Below are positions 22,206 to 32,386 of a stretch of 64,000 bases of DNA, piece after piece. Numbering within the stretch: the stretch's first letter is position 1; every line of letters starts with the position of its first letter. The stretch is from an uncultured Chloroflexia bacterium (lineage in GTDB: Bacteria; Chloroflexota; Limnocylindria; Limnocylindrales; CSP1-4), in assembly GCA_963762445.1 (NCBI GenBank), contig CAVXLA010000004.1, forward strand, positions 358,794 through 422,793, in the 5' to 3' direction. The notes beneath the pieces are model-generated. The model was not told the origin of the DNA. It searched no databases and saw only the letters and a list, made by a program, of their open reading frames with translations. A program made the translations under genes and the position numbers.

Positions 22206-23300
22206 CTAGCAGCCCGGGACAGAGCCGGCAGTCACATCCTTGCACAGCGTGGCCTTGTCGATCCAGCCAGCGTCGAGGACCACCTGGAGGTTGTCCTTGG
22301 TGATCGCCTGTGGCGTGATCAGGATCGAGTTGATCTTGTTACCGCCCGGGGTGTCGAAGATCTTGGCGGACCCGTATTTGTCCGTGGTGACCTTGTCGAG
22401 GGCGGTGCCCTTCGCGAGCTGAGCAGCAACCTGCCCGGTTGCGTCGCCAAGCAGGCGGGCGTCCTTCCAGACGTCCACTGTCTGGGTGCCGAGAGCGACG
22501 CGGTTCAGAGCGGCGGCATCGCCGTCCTGGCCGGAAACCGGAACCTGACCAGCGAGGCCCTGGGACTTGAGGGCCGAGATAGCGCCACCGGCCATGCCGT
22601 CGTTCTCAACGAAGGCGATGTCGATCTTGTTGTTGTTCTTGGTCAGGAACTGCGCCATCTCGTTCTGGGCGTTGGCCGGATCCCAGTTGTCGGTGTAGGT
22701 CTCGCCGACGTTGATGAGCGTGGCGCTGCTCTGGCCAACGTCCGGCAGGCCGGCCTCGACCATGCCCTTGCGGAGGAAGTCCGCGTTCGCGTCGGCCTTG
22801 TTGCCCTTGATGACGACGAAGTTGCCGGAGTTCTTGACCTTCAGGAGCGCCTCGGCCTGCAGCTTGCCGACGAGGACGTTGTCGAAGGTGAGGTAGAACG
22901 CGCCTGGATCTTCGATCAGGCGGTCGTAGGCGATGACCGGAATGCCGGCATCCAGCGCCTTCTTGACGGCCGGCTTGATGGCGGTGCCGTCCTGGGCCAG
23001 GATGATCACGACCTTGGCGCCCTGGTTGATGAGGGCGTCAACGTTGGACAGCTGCGTGTCGGACGAAGACTTGGCGTCGTTCGAGATGTACTTGCAGCCG
23101 GCGGCGTCGAGGGCCTTCTTGATAGCGGGCTCATCCCACTTGGCCCAGCGCTCCTCCTGGTAGTTGTTCCAAGAGACGCCAACCGTGCACTCGGCTCCGC
23201 CGCCGGCCGAGGCTCCCGGCGAGGCGGTGGCACCGCCGCCGCACGCTGCGAACACGACGGCTGCGGCCCCGATGAGCGCCGCCACCTTGCGATTGACCAT
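22206..23300 (-). CDS. xylF: D-xylose/sugar ABC substrate-binding lipoprotein (XylF-like).
   Basis: Lipobox (AAVVFAAC-GGG) plus periplasmic-binding-protein type-I fold similarity. The ATG at 23298-23300 was confirmed, with a GAGGAGG site upstream. Confidence 0.85.
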   Translation of the reverse strand: MVNRKVAALIGAAAVVFAACGGGATASPGASAGGGAECTVGVSWNNYQEERWAKWDEPAIKKALDAAGCKYISNDAKSSSDTQLSNVDALINQGAKVVIILAQDGTAIKPAVKKALDAGIPVIAYDRLIEDPGAFYLTFDNVLVGKLQAEALLKVKNSGNFVVIKGNKADANADFLRKGMVEAGLPDVGQSSATLINVGETYTDNWDPANAQNEMAQFLTKNNNKIDIAFVENDGMAGGAISALKSQGLAGQVPVSGQDGDAAALNRVALGTQTVDVWKDARLLGDATGQVAAQLAKGTALDKVTTDKYGSAKIFDTPGGNKINSILITPQAITKDNLQVVLDAGWIDKATLCKDVTAGSVPGC

Positions 23301-23537
23301 GGTCGCTTGTTCCTCCTCATGAACCATGCTTCCTGTGGAACTCCACTGGTCCCGCGCTAGGCTACCATCCCCGCTCAAGCGGCTTCGCGGTCTCTTGTTT
23401 CGCGACCCATCCGTCGGCTGGGGATCGGCGGCAGCGCCGGCCCACATTGTCGCTGGGCGCCTGCCAGCCCGACGAGGCCGTTGCGCGGGCCGACTCGGAC
23501 GGGTGGCTGCCGGCAGGCCGGCGGGGAGGAGGATCTC

Positions 23538-24245
23538 ATGCAGAGGCTCGACGGCAAGGTGGCGCTCGTGACCGGCGCGAGCCGCGGCATCGGCGCGGCC
23601 GTCGCCCGGGCGCTCGCGCTGGAGGGCGTCCGGCTGGGGCTGGCGTCGCGGAGCGGCGACGATCTCGGGATCGCGGGCGCCGTCGCCGCGCCCTGCGACG
23701 TGCGCGACCCGGCGGCCCTCGCCTCGCTGGTCGCGGCGACGGTCGACCGGTTCGGCGGACTCGACATCCTGGTCGTCAATGCCGGCGTCGGCGCCTATGG
23801 CCCGTTCCTCGAGCTGCCCGCCGAGGATCTCGAGGAGATGATCGACGTCAACGTGAAGGGCGCCCTCTACGCGATCCGGGCGGCCCTTCCCCACCTCCTG
23901 CGGAGCAACGCGGCCGACATCGTCACCGTCGCCAGCGAGGCGGGCCGGCGGGGCCTCCCGTTCGAGGCCGCCTACTGCGCGTCCAAGTTCGCCCAGGTCG
24001 GCCTGACCCGGGCCCTCGACCACGAGCTGCGCGAGCGCGGCGTCCGGTGCACGAACGTCTGCCCCGGCGGGGTCGCGACGGACTTCGCGATGGGCCACGG
24101 GAGGACACCGGACATGCCGGCCCTGGCGGGCATGATGAGGCCGACCGACGTCGCCGAGGCGGTCCTCTTCGTGCTCACCCGCCCCCGCAGCCACCGCATC
24201 CTCGAGGTGGCGCTCCGCCCGGTGACGGAGACCTCGTGGGGGTGA
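23538..24245 (+). CDS. SDR-family oxidoreductase.
   Basis: TGASRGIG Rossmann motif and the YxxxK catalytic pair (YCASK). Confidence 0.8.
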   Translation: MQRLDGKVALVTGASRGIGAAVARALALEGVRLGLASRSGDDLGIAGAVAAPCDVRDPAALASLVAATVDRFGGLDILVVNAGVGAYGPFLELPAEDLEEMIDVNVKGALYAIRAALPHLLRSNAADIVTVASEAGRRGLPFEAAYCASKFAQVGLTRALDHELRERGVRCTNVCPGGVATDFAMGHGRTPDMPALAGMMRPTDVAEAVLFVLTRPRSHRILEVALRPVTETSWG

Positions 24246-24294
24246 GCCGCCACGAGACTTGACGCGCCGCGCGCATCGCTGCACGGTACGTGGC

Positions 24295-25284
24295 ATGACC
24301 TCGCTCCGCTGGGGAATCCTGGGGCCCGGCCGCATCGCCCCGAGGCTGGTGCGGGCCGTTGCCGCCACCGCCCGCGCCGAGCTCGTCGCCGTCGCCAGCC
24401 GCGACGCCGGCCGCGCGGCCGCGTTCGCGTCGCGGCACGGGATCCCGCGGGCGCTGGGCTCCTACGACGCCCTGGTCGCGGCGCCCGACGTCGACGTCGT
24501 GTACGTCTCGCTGCCCAACCACCTCCACGCTCACTGGTCGATCCGAGCTCTCGAGGCGGGCAAGCACGTGCTCTGCGAGAAGCCGATCGCCCTGACCGTC
24601 GCCCAGATCGACGCCATCGCGGCCGCCGAGACGCGGGCCGGGCGCCTCGCGGTGGAGGCCTTCATGTACCTCCACCACCCCCAGATCCTGCGGGCGGTCG
24701 AGCTCGCGCAGGGTGGGGCCCTGGGCCCGCTGGAACTCGTCAGCGGGACCTTCTCGTTCCTCCTGTCGCACCCGGACGACCCCCGGCTCGAGCCGGCCAT
24801 GGGGGGCGGCTCGCTGTGGGACGTGGGGTGCTACCCGGTGAGCCTGGCACGGCGGATCGCCGGCGAGGAGCCGGACCAGGTCGCCGCCTTCGCCCGCTTC
24901 GACGAGCGTGGCATCGACCGTACCTTCATCGGACAGCTGCACTTCCCGGGCGGCCTGCTTGCCCAGTTCGACAGCGGCTTCGCAGCCCCCGATCGCCAGC
25001 GGATCGAGATCGTCGGCCGCGACGCGGCCCTGGTCCTCGAGACCCCGTTCCTGCCCGCCCCGGACGGCCCGCCGCCGTCGCTGACCCTGCGGCGGGGCGG
25101 GGCCGCGACGTCGATCGACGTCCCGTCGGTCGACCAGTACGCGGCGGAGGTCGAGGACCTCACGTCGGCCATCCTCGACGGCACGCCGCCGCGCATCGAC
25201 CTTGCCTTCAGTCGGGGTACCATCGCGACACTCGTCGAGCTCGACCGGGTCGCCCGGGCGAGCGCGGGCGACCCGCGGGGCTGA
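24295..25284 (+). CDS. Gfo/Idh/MocA-family oxidoreductase.
   Basis: WGILGPGRIAPR Rossmann motif and EKP motif. Confidence 0.8.
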   Translation: MTSLRWGILGPGRIAPRLVRAVAATARAELVAVASRDAGRAAAFASRHGIPRALGSYDALVAAPDVDVVYVSLPNHLHAHWSIRALEAGKHVLCEKPIALTVAQIDAIAAAETRAGRLAVEAFMYLHHPQILRAVELAQGGALGPLELVSGTFSFLLSHPDDPRLEPAMGGGSLWDVGCYPVSLARRIAGEEPDQVAAFARFDERGIDRTFIGQLHFPGGLLAQFDSGFAAPDRQRIEIVGRDAALVLETPFLPAPDGPPPSLTLRRGGAATSIDVPSVDQYAAEVEDLTSAILDGTPPRIDLAFSRGTIATLVELDRVARASAGDPRG

Positions 25285-25317
25285 GACCCTGGCCGACTCC
25301 AGCCGCGGAGGGCCCTC

Positions 25318-27234
25318 ATGGAGCCGATCATCGCAGGGAGCGGAGCCACGGCGCCGCCCGTTCGGTCCAGGCGGCGCATCGCGATGGCAGCCGTCGCCGC
25401 GCTGGCGGGCGCGATCCTCGTCGGGGCGGTCCTGGTCGTCGTCCGCCCCTGGCCCCAGCAGCCGTCGTGCCCGCCGATCCAGGACCACCCGGAGTGGTCG
25501 GTGGCGCGCCGCTGGGATGAGGCGCTGCTCGACGCGATCCGGCGGGCGCTCCCCAACCCGCCCCTCCACGCTCGTAACCTCTTCCACGTCTCGGCCGCGA
25601 TGTGGGACGCCTGGGCCGCCTACGATCCGACCGCCTCGGGCTACCTCGTGCACGAGAAGCACACGGCGGCGGACGTGGCGGCCGCGCGCGACGAGGCGAT
25701 CAGCTACGCGGCGTACCGCCTGCTGACGGAGCGCTACCTGAAGTCGGTCGGCGCGAGCGAGTCGCTATCCGAGTTCGACGACCTCATGGACGCGCTCTGC
25801 CATCCGCTCGACGTGACGACCACGGAGGGCGATTCGCCGGCCGCGGTCGGCAACCGGATCGCCGCGGCCGCGATCGCCTTCGGCAAGACCGACGGGTCCA
25901 ACGAGGCCGGCGGCTACGTCGACACGGCGTACACGCCGGTCAACCCGCCCCTCGTGGTGGACAAGCCGGGAGCGACGATGTCCAACCCGAACCGCTGGCA
26001 GCCGCTCCAGATCGCGCACATGATCTCGCAGAACGGCATCCCGGTGACGAACGGCGTCCAGCAGGCGGTGGGGACGCACTGGGGCCACGTCACCCCGTTC
26101 GCTCTGCCGCCGGCGGGCGCAGACGGGGTGCCGATCGACCCCGGCCCCCCTCCGCGTCTCGGCGACCCGGCGACCGACCAGGCCTTCAAGGACCAGGCGG
26201 TCGAGGTAATCCGCGACAGCAGCCTGCTGGACCCAGCCTCCGGAGCGACGATCGACATCTCGCCGGGCGCGCGCGGCGGCAACACCCTCGGAGCCAACGA
26301 CGGTCACGGCCATCCCGTCAACCCGGCGACCGGCCAGCCCTACCCGCCCGACGTCGTCAGCGAGGCGGACTTCGGGCGGGTCATGGCCGAGTTCTGGGCC
26401 GACGGCCCCAAGTCGGAGACGCCGCCGGGGCACTGGAACGTCCTCGCCAACCTGGCCTCCGACGAGCTGGCCCCGGACCTCCGGATCGGAGGCCAGGGCC
26501 CGGCGGTCGACCGGCTCGAGTGGGACGTCAAGCTCTACCTCTCGCTGAATGGGGCCGTGCACGACGCCGCGATCGCGGCGTGGGGGCTCAAGGGCTACTA
26601 CGACACCTCGCGGCCCATCTCGATGATCCGCTACATGGGTGGCCTCGGCCAGTCGAGCGACCCGTCGCTGCCGTCCTACGACCGGGAGGGCCTGCCGCTC
26701 GTCCCGGGCCTCATCGAGCTCGTCACCAAGGAGACGACCGCGGCCGGGCAGCGCCACGCCGCGCTCGCCGGCCACGAAGGCGAGATCGCGATCCGGGCCT
26801 GGGCCGGCAACCCGGCCGACCCGAAGACGCAGGCCGGGGGCGTCCGGTGGATCCTCGCGACGACCTGGGTCCCCTACCAGCTCCCGACCTTCGTGACCCC
26901 ATCCTTCCCGGCCTACGCGTCCGGGCACAGCTCGTTCAGCCGGGCCGCGGCCGAGGTGCTCACCGGGTTCACCGGCAGCGAGTACTTCCCGGGCGGGATC
27001 AGCGGCTACACGATCAAGACGGGCTCTCTCAAATTCGAGGCCGGTCCCACGGCAGACATCCGGCTGGAGTGGGCGACCTACTTCGACGCCTCCGACCAGG
27101 CCGGCCAGTCGCGCCTGTGGGGCGGGATCCACGTGGAGGCGGACGACTTCACCGGGCGGAGGCTCGGCGCGGAGTGCGGCAAGGCGGCCCTGGCGCTCGC
27201 CCGGCGCTACTACGACGGCACGGTCGGCACGTGA
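25318..27234 (+). CDS. PAP2-superfamily vanadium-dependent haloperoxidase-like protein (membrane-anchored).
   Basis: All three PAP2/V-haloperoxidase motifs: K-x6-RP (KGYYDTSRP), PSGH (YASGHSSFS), SR-x5-H-x3-D (SRLWGGIHVEADD). N-terminal TM helix. Confidence 0.7.
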   Translation: MEPIIAGSGATAPPVRSRRRIAMAAVAALAGAILVGAVLVVVRPWPQQPSCPPIQDHPEWSVARRWDEALLDAIRRALPNPPLHARNLFHVSAAMWDAWAAYDPTASGYLVHEKHTAADVAAARDEAISYAAYRLLTERYLKSVGASESLSEFDDLMDALCHPLDVTTTEGDSPAAVGNRIAAAAIAFGKTDGSNEAGGYVDTAYTPVNPPLVVDKPGATMSNPNRWQPLQIAHMISQNGIPVTNGVQQAVGTHWGHVTPFALPPAGADGVPIDPGPPPRLGDPATDQAFKDQAVEVIRDSSLLDPASGATIDISPGARGGNTLGANDGHGHPVNPATGQPYPPDVVSEADFGRVMAEFWADGPKSETPPGHWNVLANLASDELAPDLRIGGQGPAVDRLEWDVKLYLSLNGAVHDAAIAAWGLKGYYDTSRPISMIRYMGGLGQSSDPSLPSYDREGLPLVPGLIELVTKETTAAGQRHAALAGHEGEIAIRAWAGNPADPKTQAGGVRWILATTWVPYQLPTFVTPSFPAYASGHSSFSRAAAEVLTGFTGSEYFPGGISGYTIKTGSLKFEAGPTADIRLEWATYFDASDQAGQSRLWGGIHVEADDFTGRRLGAECGKAALALARRYYDGTVGT

Positions 27235-27276
27235 GCGCCGGCGCGGGCCCCCCGGCCTCGTCGCCGCGGTGACCGC

Positions 27277-28944
27277 GTGAGGCGTCGGAGCTCGGCGCTC
27301 GTCGTCGGCGCCGTGATCGTGGCGCTGGCCGGCGCGGCGATCGGCGGGTTCGCGCTGACGCGGACGGGCGACGGGACGCCGACCGTCGCGCTGGGACCAC
27401 CCCACTTCGTCGACGAGACGGCGACGGCCGGGATCGCGCACGTGTACGAGGGCGACGCCCCGTTCGAAGTCGGCGGCGGGGTCGCAGTGTTCGACTGCGA
27501 CGGCGACGGCAGGCCGGAGATCTACGTCGCCGGCGGAAGCGGGCCCGCGGCGCTCTACCGCAACGACAGCTCGATCGGGGGGGCCCTGCGATTCGCTCGA
27601 CTCCCGGATCCGACCATGGATCTGGCAGGCGTGATGGGGGCGTACCCCGTCGACCTCGATGGCGACGACCAGGTCGATCTCGTGGCCCTGCGGAACGGCG
27701 AGACCGTCCTCCTGCGGGGCCTGGGCGGGTGCCGCTTCGAGCGGGCGAACGAGCGCTGGTCCTTCGATGGCGGATCCGCGCTCACGACGGCCTTCGCCGC
27801 CACGTGGGAGGGCTCGGCAGCGTGGCCGACGCTGGCCCTCGGCCACTACCTGCGTCTCGACGCGTCCGGCTCGCCCACGCTGGACTGCGCGGAGAACGCG
27901 CTGCTCAGGCCGAGCCCGGCCGGCTCGGGCTACGGCCCGCCGATCGCCCTGACGCCCGGATTCTGCGCGCTGTCGATGCTGTTCAGCGACTGGGACCGCT
28001 CCGGCCGGCGCGACCTGCGGGTCAGCAACGATCGCAACTACTACGACCCCGCCACGGGCGAGGAGCAGCTGTGGCGCATGGCGAGCGGCGAGTCGCCGCG
28101 CCTCTACACGGACGCCGACTCCTGGGTGCGGGTCCAGATCGCGGGGATGGGCATCGCCAGCCACGACCTGACCGGGGACGGCTATCCCGAAGTGTTCCTG
28201 ACGAGCCAGGCCGACAACAAGCTCCAGACGCTGACCTCCGGTCCGAGCCGGCCGACCTACCGCGACATCGGGTTGAAGCGCGGCGTCAATGCCGCGCAGC
28301 CGTTCACCGGCGGCGACGTCCTGCCCTCCACCGCCTGGCACCCCGAGTTCCAGGACGTCAACAACGACGGGTTCGTCGACCTCTTCATCTCGAAGGGCAA
28401 CGTCAACGCGCAGGCGGACTTCGCCCAGAAGGATCCCAGCGACCTCCTGCTCGGCCAGCCCGACGGGACCTTCCGCGAGTCGGCCGACGTCGCGGGCATC
28501 CTGAGCTTCGAGCGTGGGCGGGGCGCCGCTCTTGCGGACCTCAACCTCGACGGCCTGCTCGACCTCGTCGAGGTGAACTACGGCTCGCCGCTCCGGGCCT
28601 GGCGAAACGTCGGCTCGGGCGACGCGGCTCGCTCCGCGCCGCTCGGGAAGTGGCTGGCCCTGCAGCTCTCTGAGCCGGGCCCCAACCGCGACGGCGTCGG
28701 CGCCTGGATCGAGGTGCAGCTGGGCGACCTGACGGTGCGGCGCGAGCTCACCGTCGGCGGCGGCCACCTCGGAGGCCAGCTGGGCTGGGTCCACTTCGGG
28801 CTCGGGCCGGCGACCGGAGCGCGGGTCCGGGTCCTCTGGCCGGACGGCGAGGCGGGCCCGTGGATGCAGGCGACCGCGAACCAGTTCGCCGTCATCGAGC
28901 GTGGCGCGGCCGAGGTCACGCCCTGGCGACCGGCGGGCGGCTGA
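27277..28944 (+). CDS. FG-GAP repeat / ASPIC-UnbV (CRTAC1-like) protein.
   Basis: N-terminal TM helix, repeated DxDGDG FG-GAP calcium-binding loops, and a C-terminal UnbV_ASPIC-like region. Confidence 0.65.
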   Translation: MRRRSSALVVGAVIVALAGAAIGGFALTRTGDGTPTVALGPPHFVDETATAGIAHVYEGDAPFEVGGGVAVFDCDGDGRPEIYVAGGSGPAALYRNDSSIGGALRFARLPDPTMDLAGVMGAYPVDLDGDDQVDLVALRNGETVLLRGLGGCRFERANERWSFDGGSALTTAFAATWEGSAAWPTLALGHYLRLDASGSPTLDCAENALLRPSPAGSGYGPPIALTPGFCALSMLFSDWDRSGRRDLRVSNDRNYYDPATGEEQLWRMASGESPRLYTDADSWVRVQIAGMGIASHDLTGDGYPEVFLTSQADNKLQTLTSGPSRPTYRDIGLKRGVNAAQPFTGGDVLPSTAWHPEFQDVNNDGFVDLFISKGNVNAQADFAQKDPSDLLLGQPDGTFRESADVAGILSFERGRGAALADLNLDGLLDLVEVNYGSPLRAWRNVGSGDAARSAPLGKWLALQLSEPGPNRDGVGAWIEVQLGDLTVRRELTVGGGHLGGQLGWVHFGLGPATGARVRVLWPDGEAGPWMQATANQFAVIERGAAEVTPWRPAGG

Positions 28945-28963
28945 GGCGGGAGGAGGGTCCGGG

Positions 28964-30340
28964 ATGACGAAGGCACGGCTGGCGGAGATCGACCTGCCGG
29001 ACTTCGGCGCGGACGAGGAGCGGCCGGAGGTCCCGCCGGCGCTGTACGCGGCGCGCCTGGCGCGGCTCCGGGAGCGCGCCGTGGAGCGCGGCTACGACCG
29101 GCTCGTCGTCTACGCCGACCGCGAGCACAGCGCCAACCTCGCCTACCTGACCGGGTTCGACCCTCGCTTCGAGGAGGCCGTCCTGGTCCTCGGGCCCAGC
29201 GGCGACCCGGCGATCCTGGTCGGGAACGAGTGCTACGGCCTGGCGGGCGCCGCTCCGCTGCCGATGCGGCGGGCGATGTTCCAGGACCTGAGCCTGCCCA
29301 GCCAGCCGCGCCATCGCTCGCGGTCGCTCGCGGAGATCCTCGGCGACGAGGGGATCGGGCCCGGCTGCCGGGTCGGCATGATCGGCTGGAAGACGTACGC
29401 CCGCCCGGAGATGACCGACGCGCCGGCCTACCTCGTGGACGAGCTGCGCCGCCTGGCCGGCGCGACCGGCCGGGTCGAGAACGCGACGGGCCTGCTCATC
29501 GATGCGGCCGACGGACTGAGGGTGGTCAACGAGGTCGAGCAGCTGGCCGTGTTCGAGCACGCCTCCTGCCACACCTCGGACGGCGTGCGGCGATTGCTGC
29601 GGGGCCTGCGGCCCGGTCTGCGGGAGCGCGAGGCGGTCCGCCTGCTCGAGTGGAACGGCAGCCCGCTCTCCTGCCACCTGATGCTGACGGCGGGTCCTCG
29701 GGCGACGCTCGGCCTGCCGAGCCCGGGCGACCGGCGGATCGAGCGCGGCGATCGGTTCACGACCGCATTCGGCGTGTGGGGCGCGCTCACCTGCCGGGCC
29801 GGCTTCGTCGTCGAGGATGCGGCCGAGCTCCCGGCCGGCATCGGAGACTACGTGGAGCGCCTGGTGGCGCCCTACTTCGAGGCGGTGGCCGAGTGGTACG
29901 CGGCCCTCCACGTCGGGCAGACCGGGGGCGCGCTCCACGCGATCATCGACCGCCACCTCGGCGACCCGTTCTTCGGGATCTTCCTCAACCCGGGCCACCA
30001 GATCCACCTCGACGAGTGGGTGAACTCGCCCGTCGCGCCGGATTCCAAGATCGAGCTCCGCTCGGGGATGGCCCTCCAGGTCGACATCATCCCGGCAACC
30101 GGGACCGACTACTTCACCACCAACATCGAGGACGGCGTGGCCCTCGCGGACGCCTCGCTCCGCGCCGGGTTCGCGGACCGTTACCCGGACGCGTGGAGGC
30201 GTATCCAGGCGCGCCGCGCGTTCATGGCCGAGGCGCTCGGGATCGCCCTGCACCCCGACGTCCTGCCGTTCTCCAATCTGGCGGCGCTGCTGCCGCCGTT
30301 CGTCCTTCGGCCGGACCGGGCGATGACCCTGGCGAGCTGA
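28964..30340 (+). CDS. M24-family (creatinase/prolidase-like) metallopeptidase-fold protein.
   Basis: Creatinase_N-like N-terminus (DRLVVYADREHSANLAYLTGF) and a pita-bread C-terminus with an H..H..E triad (NPGHQIHLDEW). ATG preceded by a GGGAGGAGGG site. Confidence 0.6.
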   Translation: MTKARLAEIDLPDFGADEERPEVPPALYAARLARLRERAVERGYDRLVVYADREHSANLAYLTGFDPRFEEAVLVLGPSGDPAILVGNECYGLAGAAPLPMRRAMFQDLSLPSQPRHRSRSLAEILGDEGIGPGCRVGMIGWKTYARPEMTDAPAYLVDELRRLAGATGRVENATGLLIDAADGLRVVNEVEQLAVFEHASCHTSDGVRRLLRGLRPGLREREAVRLLEWNGSPLSCHLMLTAGPRATLGLPSPGDRRIERGDRFTTAFGVWGALTCRAGFVVEDAAELPAGIGDYVERLVAPYFEAVAEWYAALHVGQTGGALHAIIDRHLGDPFFGIFLNPGHQIHLDEWVNSPVAPDSKIELRSGMALQVDIIPATGTDYFTTNIEDGVALADASLRAGFADRYPDAWRRIQARRAFMAEALGIALHPDVLPFSNLAALLPPFVLRPDRAMTLAS

Positions 30341-30379
30341 GGGGGGCCGTTCGGCGGGACGCGCTGAGCGCCGGGTTCG

Positions 30380-30913
30380 CTACTTCGCCGCCCTGTACGC
30401 CGCCAGCGCGGCCACGAGCTCGCGGCAGAAGGCGGGAATATCCTCCACGACCCGCCCCCAGACGAGGTTCGTGTCGCGGAAGGCCGGCGCGTCGACCCAC
30501 GTCGCCCCTGCGTTCACGAGGTCGTCGCGGATCCCGAGCGACCCGGTGGAGCGGCTGCCCGCGACGATGCGCGCCGAGATCGCGATGAGCCCGCCGTGGC
30601 AGATGATCCCGATGGGCTTGCCCGCCGCGTGGATGGCGGCGACGAAGTCGGTCACGGCCGGGTAGCGGCGCAGCTTGTCCGGCATGTGCCCGCCGGGGAT
30701 GACGAGGCCGTCGACCTCGTCGGGGTCCACGCTGCCGACCGCGACGTCGACGGGGACCTGGAGGCCGTTCTTGCCCCGGACGACCGCGGGCGCGAGGCCG
30801 ACCGAGGTGACACGCGCGCCGGCCTCCCGCAGCCGCATCACGGTGACCCAGTACTCGAGGTCCTCGACGCCCTCGCCGGCGAGGACCGCCACGTGCATCC
30901 CGTCGAGCTCCAT
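30380..30913 (-). CDS. DJ-1/PfpI-family protein.
   Basis: GIICHGG nucleophile-elbow motif. The ATG at 30911-30913 was confirmed, with a GGAGG site. Confidence 0.8.
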   Translation of the reverse strand: MELDGMHVAVLAGEGVEDLEYWVTVMRLREAGARVTSVGLAPAVVRGKNGLQVPVDVAVGSVDPDEVDGLVIPGGHMPDKLRRYPAVTDFVAAIHAAGKPIGIICHGGLIAISARIVAGSRSTGSLGIRDDLVNAGATWVDAPAFRDTNLVWGRVVEDIPAFCRELVAALAAYRAAK

Positions 30914-31005
30914 CGCTCCTCCGTCCGCCGCGCTCTCGGTGCCGCGGCCCTCCCGCGAGGATACGCCGACCGCCGGCCGGCAGGCCGGTGCCGTACGATC
31001 CGTCC

Positions 31006-31440
31006 ATGACATCCTCGATCCTCGACAGCCGCGTCCGCGCCTTCCTTGCCGCGCCCGACCGGTTCGCCACGCTGGCCGCCCTCGACCCCGCCGGGGCACC
31101 CCGCCAGGCCGTCGTCTGGTACCGCCTGGAGCCCGACGGGCGGATCACGGTCAACAGCGCCGACGGCCGGCGGTGGCCGGCGAACCTGCGCCGTGACGCG
31201 CGCTGCTCCCTGACGGTCATCGACGGAGCCGACGGCTACGCCTTCGTCGCCCTCGCCGGCCGCGTCGTCGAGACGATTGACGACCAGGACGTCGCCCAGG
31301 CGGACATCGCGGCGTTCGCCCGCCACTATCACGCGGACGACCCCGACCTCACCAAGCAGCTCGTGGCCCGCTTCCGGGCCCAGCACCGGGTCTCGTTCCG
31401 GATCGAGGTCGTCGCCGTCCACGACCACCTCGAAGGCTGA
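31006..31440 (+). CDS. PPOX-class (pyridoxamine 5'-phosphate oxidase-like) probable F420-dependent enzyme.
   Basis: Rv1155-like split-barrel sequence (FATLAALDPAGAPRQAVVWYRLEPDGRI...). Confidence 0.65.
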   Translation: MTSSILDSRVRAFLAAPDRFATLAALDPAGAPRQAVVWYRLEPDGRITVNSADGRRWPANLRRDARCSLTVIDGADGYAFVALAGRVVETIDDQDVAQADIAAFARHYHADDPDLTKQLVARFRAQHRVSFRIEVVAVHDHLEG

Positions 31441-31445
31441 CGAGC

Positions 31446-32378
31446 GTGCCCGCGCTGCGCTTCGGCGCCCAGCTCTGGAGCCAGGCGACCGACTGGGACG
31501 GGTTCCTCGCCGCAGCCCTCGGCGCCGAGGAGGCCGGCTGGGATGCCGTCTGGACGTGGGACCACCTCCAGGCCATCTTCGGACCCTGGGAGCAGCCGAT
31601 CCTGGAGGGCTGGCTGGCGATGACCGCCGTCGCGTCGCGCACGTCGCGGGTCCGGGTCGGCCTGATGGTGGGCGCCAACACGTTCCGCAACCCGGGCCAC
31701 ACGGCGAAGCTCGCGGCCACCCTGGACCACGTCTCCGGCGGGCGGGCCGTCCTGGGCATCGGCGGCGCCTGGTTCCCCCGCGAGCACGAGGCGTTCGGGA
31801 TCGACTTCGGGGCGAGCGTCGGCGAGCGCCTCGACCGGCTCGACGAGGCCGTCGAGGTGATCCGCCGCCTCCTCGATGGCGAGCGCTTCAGCCACGCCGG
31901 CCCGTTCTACCGGTTCGAGGACGCCCAGCTGCGGCCGCGCCCGGTGCAGGACCACCTTCCCATCCTCGTCGGCGGCGGGGGTCCGAAGAAGACGCTGCGG
32001 ACCGTCGCCTTGCGGGCCGACGCGTGGAACACCAACGGGACCGTGGCCGAGGTCGCGGCCCGGGACGCGATCCTCCGCGAGCACTGCGCCGCCGTCGGCC
32101 GCGACCCGGCGACGATCGAGCGGACGGTCAGCTTCCCGATCGTCGTCCGCGATGACCCGGCCGACGCGGCCCGCGCCTTCGACGCCCTGTGCGAAGCGAA
32201 CGGCACGCCCGACGCGGGGAAGGTGCCGACGCTCCTCGGCCCGCCCGACCTCGTCGCCGAGGCCCTGCGGCCCTACCTGGACCTCGGCTTCCGCACCGTC
32301 GTGGTGCGCCTGCCCGCCCCGTACGACGCCGAGACCATCGCCCGGATCGGCGAGGTCCGGGCCGCCCTGGCGGGCTGA
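31446..32378 (+). CDS. LLM-class F420-dependent oxidoreductase.
   Basis: LLM-family similarity (AEEAGWDAVWTWDHL...VLGIGGAWFPREHEAFGIDF). Confidence 0.75.
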   Translation: MPALRFGAQLWSQATDWDGFLAAALGAEEAGWDAVWTWDHLQAIFGPWEQPILEGWLAMTAVASRTSRVRVGLMVGANTFRNPGHTAKLAATLDHVSGGRAVLGIGGAWFPREHEAFGIDFGASVGERLDRLDEAVEVIRRLLDGERFSHAGPFYRFEDAQLRPRPVQDHLPILVGGGGPKKTLRTVALRADAWNTNGTVAEVAARDAILREHCAAVGRDPATIERTVSFPIVVRDDPADAARAFDALCEANGTPDAGKVPTLLGPPDLVAEALRPYLDLGFRTVVVRLPAPYDAETIARIGEVRAALAG

Positions 32379-32386
32379 GGGACGCC

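Noticed and set aside
25765-28794. 1009-aa minus-strand ORF
   Set aside because: It is antisense to the motif-bearing PAP2 haloperoxidase-like and FG-GAP genes and has no recognisable domains.
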